From the NCBI GenBank assembly GCA_964252035.1, contig OZ176206.1: DNA of 64,000 bases; one strand, given 5' to 3'. Positions 38,475 to 49,732 of this stretch are shown here, piece by piece. The stretch's first letter is position 1; every line of letters starts with the position of its first letter. Position numbers and translations under genes: made by a program. Source of the stretch: Podarcis erhardii. Taxonomy: Eukaryota. Under the pieces are notes generated by a model, which was not told where the DNA came from, made no database searches, and worked only from the letters and a program-made list of their open reading frames with translations.

Positions 38475-39640
38475 CTTTAACCACTCCACCCTCTCCTTCC
38501 CTTGTAAGCGGCAGCCAGGAGCTCTGATGACTGTGCTGGAAATGAGATATGACCCACCTGTGAACTCTACAGCTGCTTTTATCATGGGCTACGCTGTCTG
38601 AGGCAATTGAACCTGTGGCCATCTAGGTGTTGATGATGGGAGCTGGGAGTTGAGCATCCCCACCCCTCAACTGAAGGATCTTTTTCCACAGTGGCCCATC
38701 TTCCTCTCCCTCCATTTCCCACAGTGGAAGGTCCAGACTTATTGTGAAGGGAGAGCCTGTGTGGAATAACTTAACTATGTTGCGCTTTTGTTAACACAGG
38801 CTGGTACCTAAACCCCAGTCTAACTTGAGGAGTTGCACGTTGAGTATAGGATACCTCTATGCCTGCAGGAGGCAGGGTATAAATAGGTTGAATAACACAA
38901 TTCCTACAATAATTGTGCTTTCTGGCCCTTAAAGTAGGCATAGCAGAGGGTGGCAGTCCTACTGGGTTGGGTGTTGCTCAAAAAAATGTCACATTAAAGC
39001 AATGGCCTTCCAGATGTTGCTGTGCTAGAATCATCATCCTTGACCATTTAGCATGTTGCCTGGGGCTGATGGGTGAACTGCATGTGGAGGGCCCCTGTTT
39101 CCCAGCTCTTCCTTCAAAGGTTTCTCAAATCTCGCCTTCCTTTCTGAGGGATGGGCGTAGGACTAAGCTACAGAAAAAGTTTTATTGGACAAATGTTTTT
39201 GGATATGCAAAATTGTCCTTTGGGGACTACAGTAAGTGCCAGGCTTTGGGAGACAGCCTTCTATGAGCTGTTGAGAGAATGTTGGTGTAATGTGCCAAAA
39301 AAGCTCTAGAATTTCAAGGAAGAGAGTACTAAAAGCTCAGTTAAATAGGACCTCAGGGAATGTAGGTGTTCCAAGGTGTTGCAGTTCTTCTGTGTGTATT
39401 GCTGGAAATGCAGTTAAATGCACCCCTTGGAAGTGAGCTGGCTTTTGCTTGGAGGATGAGTTCCCTCTTCTGCCTCATCACTGCACATTACTGGCAGGTG
39501 TTTTGTGTGTGAGAGAGAGGGGGGGGGGAGATGCTTCTCTACATTGAGCTGGTCAAATGCAGCAAACCCAAAGCAAGGAAGTCCAAGATCTCTAGTGTCT
39601 TTTGACATATGCATTTAAAGTGAATTACCAAGGTAGTGGT

Positions 39641-39646
39641 TTTATT
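39641..39646 (-). terminator. Candidate poly(A) signal of MARVELD3
   Basis: TTTATT on plus about 930 nt beyond the stop; a second one lies near 39181. Confidence 0.55.
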
Positions 39647-40050
39647 ATTGTACAAAAGTACTATATTCCATAATGAAAACAATTTGAAACAAGACTGCAC
39701 AGAACATCTAGTAGAAGCATTTGCCTTCAAGGCAAATGTGTAACTTCCTCATGAAGGAAGCAGCTCAATGAGGTGAATGGAAGAAGGAATGAAAAACGTT
39801 TTCTCTGGCATTGTAAGAAGGGGTGGGTGGAAAAAGACACAGATTTTGCTTTCTATAAGAGGACTGGAGTTTTTTCTGGGGGTACCAACAAGATGGCACT
39901 TTGCCCCAAGGCATATATTGAAAGTCTCTGGTCAACGGTCTCACTCTAAGGGCATGATCAGAAAGGAAAAAGGAATGCAGAGGTAAGAAAGCAAGTGCTG
40001 GTTGGTGATGGGACCAAGTTGGTCTTCTTGCCATTACAGGTGACGTTCTA

Positions 40051-40350
40051 CAGTGGTGCCTCGCAAGACGAAATTAATCTGTTCCGCGAGTTTTTTTGTC
40101 TTGCGAAGCACGGACTTTGGAAAAGCTTCAAAAATCACCAAAGTCTTCAAAAACCTCAAAAAGGCTACCACACCGCGTGCTATGAGTTGCTCCTCGAAGT
40201 CAATGCACGGTTTTAAGAAAAAGGAAACAAACTTGCAAGACAAAGGAAACAAACTTGCAAGATGTTTTCGTCTTGCAAAGCAAGCCCATAGGGAAATCCG
40301 TCTTGCGAAGCATTCATCTTGCGAGGCATTCATCTTGCGAGGTACCACTG
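40051..40350. mobile_element. Tc1/mariner (Tigger-like) MITE, 300 bp, in the MARVELD3 3'UTR
   Basis: TA|cagtggtgcctcgcaagacgaa...ttcatcttgcgaggtaccactg|TA; internal 20-bp tandem repeat aaggaaacaaacttgcaaga. Confidence 0.95.
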
Positions 40351-40571
40351 TATATTAAAGAGGAGCAGGGAGTAGTCTTGCTAGACTTTGCATCGGTATG
40401 TATGATGGGAAAGAAATAGGAGCTTGGAGAATGTTTACAAAACTGTGAAGGTAGGGTTTAGACAGAAAGTGATCACTGCCACCACTGTACATGGTTCAAA
40501 GGCACTGCTTAGCTTGGCTTAATATGCTGCTCCATCCTGCTCTCCTTTCAACTCAGGCAGCAGAGGCCAAG

Positions 40572-42652
40572 CTAGGGCTCATAGCTGTGTGATGATGGTT
40601 TTGCTTGGAGGGTCCGGACAATCTTGAAGCCACGGACAGCCAACACAACAGCAACAGCGAAGGCCACAATGGCCGCCCCAGCAAAGAAGCCCACAGCGAT
40701 CTCTGCTCCATGCAAACTGCAGCCAAAGCCCCTGTAGCCTTTGCTCTGGTAGAGGTTCTCTCGCTCTTTGCACAGAGAGGAGACATAGATCTCGTGAAGG
40801 CGATGGTAGTAGAAGTACAAAGCTGGCACAAGACCAATTGCAATGGCCACATCCAGAATGGCCTCCGCTATCAGCCAGGCTGGGCAATGCCAGGGCACTC
40901 GGAAGAGACTAGCCACAATCTGGAAGCAGGCAAAGGCCATCAGCGCCCCTCCAACCGCCATGGCCACCTGGGCCGGTGGCACCTTGAGTTGGTGGAACTG
41001 AGCATCCAACTGCTGTGCCTTCTCCCCGTCAGCTCCACTGAGGCCACTGTAGGCCCCGCCGTATTGGTAGTAGTAAATGCTCCCCAGACTGAAAAGACCA
41101 GTGTAGCCACCTGTCGAATTGTAGGAGACTGAGCTGCAGATAACAATCAGCATGCAGAGGAGGAGCTGGAGCTGTTGGCAGCAGGCTAAGAAGAAGCAAG
41201 GGCAGAGGGGTGTTGTTAGTGCCATTTCTCGTAACGCTGTGGGGCTCTCAGCCTGTGTGGAAGATGGAGAAACGGGGAAGGCACTTGGCCCCTCCAGGCC
41301 CACTCATAGAGGTCAGCTTTGTGGGTGGATTGGATCCCAAATCTTACTGGGGTTAAGGGAGCATATCTGAGCAGGCAGCGACTATCCTTCCTTCCATGTT
41401 TCTGCCAGGGCATCTTCTGCCCCAATGCCACATTGAAAGACTTTTCATACGTGAGGTTAGTGACCTCAGAGCTCCCCTCATGTTTCACCCTTAGTTTTAG
41501 GCCAGGGATAGGGAACCCCAGGCATCAAATATGGTTTCCTGGGTTCCTCTACATGGCTTTTGGGACTTCCCCAGACCATGCCCCATGCAAGCCTCACCTC
41601 ACGCCCCTGCAGTGTTTTACCTGCTGCAAGAATGCCCCCTTGAATTCTGATAATTTATCTTACTCCACTGGTGGAGACACAGGGAGAGAGGGATGTGTGA
41701 ATAAATTAACATTTGTTGCCCCACCCACACTGGCCATATGGCCCCTGTAAAGTTGACTAGAATGGAATATGGCCCTTGGGCTGAAAAAGTTTATTCACCC
41801 CTGTTTTAGGCTGGGAGGAAACTGGGGTGACCTGGCAGCCTCGTGGGTGCCACCTTACTCCCTGGAGGGAGCTTGTGTTGACCACAGAGGCCTGAGGATT
41901 GTGAAAGAGCAAAGTGGTTCAGTCCAGGTGGGGAAAGGCCGTAGGCGTATTAAGGACGTGAGCGGGCAGCAGTGCAAGCCAAGCGGCTGGAGTGGGCCCT
42001 GCCAGGCAAGGCGGGGTGGGGGTGGGGAACCTGCCCATCTGCCTTGACGGCTGAGCAGCACTCACTCATTGCCCCCCTTGCCAGCAAGCTGTGGGGCCAC
42101 AGGCCTGTCCCTCCCTACTTTGGGGCAGCCTGCGAAGGGGGGGGGGTGTCAGCGTCGGGCTGGCAAGCACCCCGTCCCCGCGAGGCAACAGCCTTTTTGC
42201 CCGCCCCATCAGGGAAGCTGCCAGTGGCCTCGCCCACATCGAGCTCACCAGCAGCGGGGGAGGAGGAGGAGCTACAAACGCAACCCCCCCCCCCATCGCA
42301 GCCCGGGCTCCTCATCCCACGAGGGGAAGGGGGCGTGTCGTCGACATCGTACCGCCCTGACCCACCCCATTGCGGGCCAGTAGGGACATCTAACCCGGCC
42401 CGGGCCCTCACCTCTGGCCGTGCACAGGGCGCGACATAGCGGTTTGTCCAGAAGGCCGCCTCCGCCTCGGGCCTCGGCAGGGGCGTCCCAAGAGGCCAGT
42501 GTGGTGCCTCGGGAGGGAGCGGGGCGGTGCTGCTGCTGGTGCTGCTGCTGCTGCTGTCGCCACGGCCACGGCTGCTCTCCTACCGCCACCACCGCCGGCC
42601 GGTCGTGACGCCAGGCCCGCGGCTTCCCGGGTCTCTTCCCGGCGTCCGCCAT
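40572..42652 (-). CDS. MARVELD3: MARVEL domain-containing protein 3 (isoform-2-type last exon), about 284 aa
   Basis: Exon 42412-42652 (gccATGG; MADAGKR...[15 protein letters not shown], donor G|gtgagg) joined in phase 1 to exon 40572-41185 (ACCQQLQ...[13 protein letters not shown]...[11 protein letters not shown]...DGEKAQQLD...[19 protein letters not shown]). Last exon is unmistakable; start codon is less certain (see findings). Confidence 0.9.
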
Positions 42653-43080
42653 GGCTCGTAGCCTGGTGGCGCGCAGCGAGGTCTGGGTGGGGCGTCCCAG
42701 GTGAGCGCGGCGGCGCCGCCTCCTGGGCGGAGATTGGCCGGGGCTGGTGTAGGTGGGAGGCAGGTGTCCATGTCGCCTAGGAGCCGCCGCCCGACAGAGG
42801 GGGCTCGTCGCTGCCGGCGCTTGCCGAGGGGCGCTTCTCCAGCAGCCGTCGAGGAAGTCAGGGCGGGTCTGGAAAGGCCCAAGGCAGTCCCTGGACAAAC
42901 CGCTATTGCTGCCCGTCCAGGCCCGATGTTCGGTGGTCCTGGTGGCCGCTGGCCTTCCTGGTCCCAACACAAGATGGCTTTTTTAAGGATGTAGCGGGAA
43001 AAGATGTCCAAGGGCGCCAGGGCTTCTCCGCCATAGGTGCGCCCCTCCCTCCCCCGCCCGACTCAGCTGCTCGCCCATTT
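42130..43080 (-). promoter_or_regulatory. MARVELD3 CpG island
   Basis: GC/CpG-rich region over exon 1; GC boxes near 43050. Confidence 0.75.
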
Positions 43081-46000
43081 CCCCAACCAAGCACTGCCCC
43101 ACTAAGCAGCGGTCTCTTGGCACTCTTGGCCATACCTGACTCTGGTAACAATCCAGGATTAGAGGGAAAGGAGAGAATTGGAGATCCTTCTCAGCACCCT
43201 GATGGTGGCACTGCCCTTTGCAGTCTTGGATGGTCTCCCTCACTGGCTTTGTGTTGATTCTGAGCATCAGGGGGTGCAGAACTTCCTCATTCTTGTGGGA
43301 CTGCACAGAAACCACAGGACAGGAAGGAATAGAACCACTGCCACTCAGTGCTTGTCCATCCATGGCTCACCCTCTGCACATCCAGTTGAGCAGGACTACA
43401 AAAAGAGCCTAAGCCCATGGGAAGGGCGTGGCTGCTGCCAGCTAAAGCAGAGGCTAGATGATCCTCTGTTCTGAAGGTATTCATTCATTCACTCACCTGT
43501 TCAGCTAAATGCAGGAGGCAGGGATGAGGAACCTACAGCCCACCACAAAATCCCTGTCACCATCAGGCATGCTGGCCAGAGAAGGCTGATAGGAACTGGA
43601 GTCCATCTTGACACCAGAGAAGCCCAGCAGATGGATCAGGCCAAGGTGAGCCCCTGTAGCCCAGCATCTTGTTTCCAACAATGACCAGTCAGACACCACT
43701 GAGAGTCCCACAAGCAGGATCAGGATGTTGCCCACCCACAGCAGCTCAGATTTGCCTCTGGACATGGAGGCTTAATTCAGTGCTCATGGGTATTTGCAGT
43801 TGCTAGACTTCTCCTCCTCCATGACTTCATTTTATGATCCTGTTTAAGCTGTCTGTCTGCAAAAAATGCAATTACTTTTGGTACCTTCATTATTTTGAGC
43901 GTGGAACAATTACTCATTTGCTCTACCCAAAAGTAACAAGGGGAAGGGATTTACTTTCTTTCTGTCTTCTCTTACACAAACATAACCCGCTAATCTGGGC
44001 AATATAACTGTGTCCCATGATTTCAGAAAAAAGTTACAGTCTTTGTATCCCAGGGGTTCTCACCAAATGCAGCTGGGCCAAACCCTAGAAAGCAACGGAA
44101 GCCCATCCAAGGAGGAGACCTTTTCTGCGTTCTCTCCTCCACCTGGCTTCACCACCTTCCTCCTCTGCTTTCCAGCTGGAATTTCAACCAGAGGCTCTCT
44201 CGAGAGATTCTCATCCCCAGGTACCATTATCTTGGCTGAAGGCACCTTGTATCTCAAGGGTAGGCAAGAGCAGAGAGCATTGTGCCACTATGGCTTGATG
44301 GGAGGAACCTTTCACTTACTGTCTTCTTTATATTTCAAGTGGTTGTCGTGCCAAAGGCCTGCCTCCTCTCCATGGCCTGAAGTTCCATGATGCCTTCATG
44401 GTGAGGGTGAGGCAAGCATGGGCTCAGGTGTGTGTGAGTTGGCCATTGGTATCTGGGTTCTGAGGGCTTTGGGGAAATGCTAACCTAGTGGCCAGCCAGT
44501 GCTTCTGCTCCCCCCCCCCCCCACTGCATTTTTCTAGCCAGATGGTATCACTTCAGGTGAAGCTGGCGAGATTTGTCTCTGATACACTTCTCCCTTAGCT
44601 CTGAATCCTTCATTGAATTATTTTGATGAAGGAGGAAGAGGGGTTCTTTTGCATTTGGGTACTGGCATTTTATGGAGGCCTCCTCCATAGCAATTTGTGG
44701 TCACTGATTCAGCATCTTAAGAAATGCTCTTTGTATTTCTGCTCAGGGGCATTTTGTCCATCTAGGTATCTCTTGGAGACTTGTGGGACCAAAGGACTTT
44801 AAGCAGCATTTCTAGAGGCAGAACTTCTGCTTTGCACAATGAGAAGGTCCAAGTGGAATGGTGGAGGCTGCTCCATTAGGGTGAATGGAGTGCAACCCTA
44901 CCAACCTCACTCTGCCCTCAGCCAGCCCCACCTGGACTTGTGGGTGGGTGGGGAATATGGGGCTTTAACCGTTTTGTCCCCTGTATAGACTTGATTTAGA
45001 TGGTGTATTTGCATACACACATGCTCAAGCCAGCAGTCTGCATGCCTGTGTTTGGGTAGGGGAACTTCCAAGGCCCAAATCCAAATTGGAACCATAGCAA
45101 GGAGCAGACAGATAAAGCTGCTCTACCCTGACACCATGGTCATGTTTTGGATTGGGGCACCCAGCCTGGCAACGTGTAGAAAACAAAAAAACCTCCTTCA
45201 TTTAAGAGCACAGATTCTGTGATAAAATAATTACCAGTATCCTGTTGGAACACCATCACCACCCCACTCCCCTACAGATGTGTACATTGCTAGCTGGCAT
45301 TGGTGTATTGATTACCATCTTGGTTGCAAAATGTACTCTGACTGCTAGAAAATTAAGAGCCAGAAAAAAAGGAGGGGCTGTGTGTGAATGGGATGTGCTT
45401 TTGCTCTGTTATGTTTGTAGTGTATAGGCACTTGTTTATATGGAGGGTACATGTCCCCTTTGCTTCTGAGAGAAGTTGTACTTAAATTAAGCACGAGGTG
45501 TTTTTATGCAATACTGTATGTTAAGAAACCTGCATTTTCACATGTATTCTATATTACCATTTTTGTATTGAATTGTGGTGGCCTATGGCTTTGAACAAGA
45601 AAGAGATACTTTAGTTGGACCCTCAGGGCAGCCTGGAGCCAAAGTTATGAGTCACATGCTCTGGACAAACAAAGCTGTGTTGTCCCTCCCTCTGGGCCTT
45701 GCTAGGGACTGCTGCTGGGATTTTCCATGAAACTGTAAGAGGGAAGGTGGAAACCGGTATAACCAAAGCACAGGGTATTTTGCGGTTATCTGGATCTGAA
45801 AAGACAAAGCCAGAAGGAACTTGTGTGCCACATAGATGGCATCCTTGCATCTGATTTTAGGAAGTGGGAGGAGACTGGGCAGCAATGCCACGTGGAAAGG
45901 ATGTTAGGACGTATTTGTAGCAATGTCATTGTGGGAAGCTCCCTGCAAGATTTGCTGTTCCAAATTTGAATGATACTGAAGCATAAAACAAACATGATTT

Positions 46001-47090
46001 GTGCAACTCCTGCTCAGACTGAACTCTCTGGGAAGTGTTGGCTGCCCTTGGTCTCCATTCTCAGCTGGTGCCCCCCATGTTCATTCCTCCAGGCTGCCAC
46101 TTAACAGACACATTCCCTTTTCCTATCCTTACATCTTCCATAACTCTTTATGAAATAAAATATTCTCTTGCATTCAAATAAGCCCCTTCCCATCTCTGCC
46201 AAGATTGTCACAAAATGTCATTAGTGCATTGTGCATGGGAATGGGGGTGTCTAGTATTTTATCTGAAACTGCTTGACTTCAGTGTTTGATTACACAACCT
46301 CTGGAGATACTTTTGTTCATTCTGTGGGTTCTTAAGATACATTAGTTCTCACTGGTTGTAACAAGCAGCATTTTCAGCCACAGTGAATGGGATGTTTTGC
46401 TTTAACATTATTTCCTGTAGGCTGAGCAAAATCATTAAAACATCAGCAAACATGTTTATAGCAGAATGCTCTCCTAATTAGTCATGGTTCCTTTCACTTT
46501 AGTGTCCTTTCATGTGAATTTGGCTGACTCTTTCAGTAGCAAGCAGGTGAAGGGAGGGCAGCAGTCAGCCTGTTTAAAGGGCATCTTCTTAGATTTCCAT
46601 AACCTGCCCTACTGTGAGGTGGGGTCAGTAAGGTGCATGTCCATGAAAGGGGCAGTAAGCCTGCCAATCTTACCATGGAACTGGGGTGGAGAGAGAGAGA
46701 CTTAATTTATCTCTACAGACACTATAAACCTAATGGGGGAACAAGAGCTGTTGGGAGTGTTTATGCTTAGAGTCCTTCTGCCTTATGCTCTGCCTGCACA
46801 TACATACAAATAAATAAATTGTGTATCCCAAAGACACCACAAGCCTTCACACAGCAGCTTCATTCCAAAGAAACCAAACCCATGGTATGTGTTGGGACCC
46901 CTGAAACTTTACTGCTTGGAGATTGGGTTGCACATAACAACACTTCCTAGAATCTGCAGAACTTTCTGAAATTCCACAAGTTTTGATTTTGAGATAGGCA
47001 ATTGGCACAATGTTATTGTAACAACATCAGCTTCCTTTGAGTCCATCAGCTTCTATCATATTTTTCCATCTTTTTAATGTATTTATTGTA

Positions 47091-47158
47091 TTGTATTGGT
47101 ATTGGTATTGGTATTGGTATTGGTATTGGTATTGGTATTGGTATTGGTATTGGTATTA
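47091..47158. repeat. (TATTGG)n hexanucleotide microsatellite, about 11 units
   Basis: Direct reading; it produces the spurious IPIPIP ORF on minus. Confidence 0.97.
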
Positions 47159-47422
47159 TAAGGTTGCAGGGCAAGTAAGGAAGGCACAAAAATAATGGTT
47201 GGTATTTGATGCTAGTTCCACTCTGAGCAGACCCACTGAAGCTAATGGTTATAACTAACTTAAATTCATTCAAGCTGATGGAAGGTCATGTGAGGAAGAC
47301 CTGCTTGGTAGTGGCTATCAAGTTCAGGAACACACTTCCTGGGAATTCAGCTACCACCAACATCACCCCAACTTCTTTCATCTGCTTTGCATGTAGAATG
47401 TGCCAGGTTCAATCCCTTATAG

Positions 47423-47558
47423 CAGGCTTCCTCAACCTTGGCCCTCCAGATGTTTTGAGAATATAATTCGCATCATCTCTGACCACTGGTCCTGCTAGCT
47501 AGGGATCATGGGAGTTGTAGGCCAAAAACATCTGGAGGGCCGAGGTTGAGGAAGCCTG
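47423..47558. mobile_element. Palindromic hAT MITE
   Basis: Long TIRs caggcttcctcaaccttggccctccagatgtttt / aaaaacatctggagggccgaggttgaggaagcctg; 8-bp TSD ccttatag / ccttacag. Confidence 0.92.
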
Positions 47559-47570
47559 CCTTACAGCATC

Positions 47571-48200
47571 GACTCAGGAGAGTATACATGCAGAACTGCA
47601 AAAAATGCTAAAGATCTCTTTCAATAAAAAACCAGAGGCCTACCTCCTGGGAATAACAGATTTGGATATTCCACAAAAGAGGAAGGGTATCTTTTTATAT
47701 GCGACGACGGCAGCAAGAGTTTTGATTGCAGCAAAATGGAAGAGTAATGAAATCCCCTCTATACAAGATTGGATCCAAAAGCTGACAGAATATGCCAAAT
47801 TAGATGGTTTATCAGAAAAAATAAAGAATAAATCAAAACAGGAATTTGTTTCAAAATGGGAGGTTTTCAAAGAAAATCTGAAAAATAAATATAGTAGTTT
47901 AAATTCTGTTGCAGCATTCGAGGAACTTCAGTAATAGTTGCAAGGTAGATATAAGAAATTAGATTTATTGAGAATAAGTTTAATTATGATAAAGGTGTGT
48001 ATTGGCAATAAGTAATATGAATTTGAAATATGGAATAGACAGGAGGTTGGGTCTTTAGTGTTAAGACCAATAGATGTTTTATTGTTTGCTAAGAAAATTA
48101 TGTGTCTATGGTTATTTTTGTAATTTGTGTGTAATTTGGTATTTGTGTTATTTTTCTTTTTTCTGGTTGTATAAATAAAAAACTTTATTTATAAAAAAAA
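47571..48200 (+). mobile_element. 5'-truncated L1-clade LINE (end of ORF2, AT-rich 3'UTR, poly(A))
   Basis: Open frame ...ELQKMLKISFNKKPEAYLLG...YATTAARVLIAAKWK...W...KWEVF to stop at 47934; poly(A) tail; 21-bp TSD ggaagcctgccttacagcatc at 47550-70 and 48201-21. Confidence 0.9.
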
Positions 48201-48224
48201 GGAAGCCTGCCTTACAGCATCACC

Positions 48225-48345
48225 AGGTAGGGGTAGGAGAGAACCTCCCTTCCTGAAACTTGGTGAGCCATTGCTGCCAGTAGCTGCAGGCAGTATTGAG
48301 CTAGATAGACCAATGGTCTGACTCTCAGGCAGCTTCCCATGTTCC
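48225..48345 (+). mobile_element. 3' part of a tRNA-SINE (L2-like tail family)
   Basis: caggtagg...cctgaaac...gcagtattgagctagatagaccaatggtctgactc...ggcagcttcccatgttcc. Confidence 0.7.
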
Positions 48346-49485
48346 AATGACGAGTGAAAATATTTCTCTTTCATTGGGTACTTGCTTAGAACACTTGTTT
48401 CGTTTTGTTCTCCTTTCTGTGATTTTTGCTGGTGTTTATACTGCTCTAGCATTAGGTATTCCTTTTTTTTGTATTTGTTTGCTCCCCCAGACTTACCATT
48501 TTTGGTGCTGAAATAGCAGCAGATGCTTCTTCTAATACCCAAATGTTTGACTGCAGTCCTGTAAGATGGTTGCTGGTGCTTGGGAAGGGGAGCAGGTACA
48601 AAAGACAAGGCTTTCAGCTGCAGCATTACAGAAGGATCCCTGTTGCTGGTTCTTTCAAATCATGGCATTTTGCTTTTTCTAGCAGCCCCTTGAACTGCCT
48701 GAATGTTCCTTTGCAGTTTCGCATTCAGTGAAATGCAGCGTCATGAGCCAATAACTCTTTCTGTGCTGTTGTGATTGCTGTTGTCATGTCTGGAATAAAC
48801 TTTGCTAGATCCTGGCCATTCCTAGAAATCTTTGTACATCAACCTTATTCTTTGGACCAGGCATTCCAATGCTGGCTTTGATTTTAGTTGCATCAGGTAT
48901 TAGGCCATCTTTGGTTAACCTATGTCCTCAGGATTTAATTTCTGACATGACAAATCTGCACTTTTCATTCTGTTTCAGGTTCCTCGCCCAATACCTGTCT
49001 GGAATTGGCTTCAGGCATTCTTGCTGATGTTTACCTACTATGATGTTGTCAGTTCAACATATGACACCATCACACAGGGGGCCTCTTCAGTCATTACCAT
49101 TAAGTGGCTCTTGAAAACATTTCTTGTTTTGTTTGGCCTTTTATTGACTTTCTATGTGAGTTAGTAATGTAGTTGCTGCTGCTTTACTGTATTTAGTGGT
49201 GGCTGGTTTAAACTAAATGCTCCTTTTAAAATATTTTATTGTTTGCTAGCTTTTGTAAAGTTAATGTGTAAATGTATTAAAATAAATAAAATGGCAACTG
49301 GATCAGCCTTTGGTACCTATATGGAGCTGAAGCGATACCAAATGGTAATTAAGAGAAAATTAATCACTAATGATCCAAATGTCCTAAATGGGAAGCATGA
49401 GAGGCAGATCCTGCAAGAAGGAAGTTTCTGATTAGTAGCCTTGAAGAGCTGCAATGACACTTGGCTGTTCTGCAATCCACAGCAT

Positions 49486-49732
49486 GAGCCAGTGTGGTGT
49501 AGTGGTTAAGAGCGGTAGACTCGTAATCTGGTGAACTGGGTTTGCAGCTCCGCTGCTCCACATGCAGCTGCTGGGTGATCTTGGGCTAGTCACACTTCTT
49601 TGAAGTCTCTCAGCCCCACTCACCTCACAGAGTGTTTGTTGTGGGGGAGGAAGGGAAAGGAGAACGTTAGCTGTTTTGAGACTCCTTCGGGTAGTGATAA
49701 AGCGGGATATCAAATCCAAACTCTTCTTCTTC
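49486..49732 (+). mobile_element. Full-length tRNA/CORE SINE with (CTT)n tail (Squam3-like)
   Basis: gagccagtgtggtgtagtggttaagagc (A box), gggtttgcagctcc (B-box region), core ctgggtgatcttgggctagtcac, tail ctcttcttcttc. Family name from memory. Confidence 0.85.

Noticed and set aside
47046-47273. ORF with IPIPIP repeats
   Set aside because: Translation of the (TATTGG)n microsatellite.
49486-49560. tRNA-like A/B boxes here and at 16700, 21940, 58810 and 62280
   Set aside because: Heads of SINEs with LINE-derived tails; no cloverleaf, so not tRNA genes.
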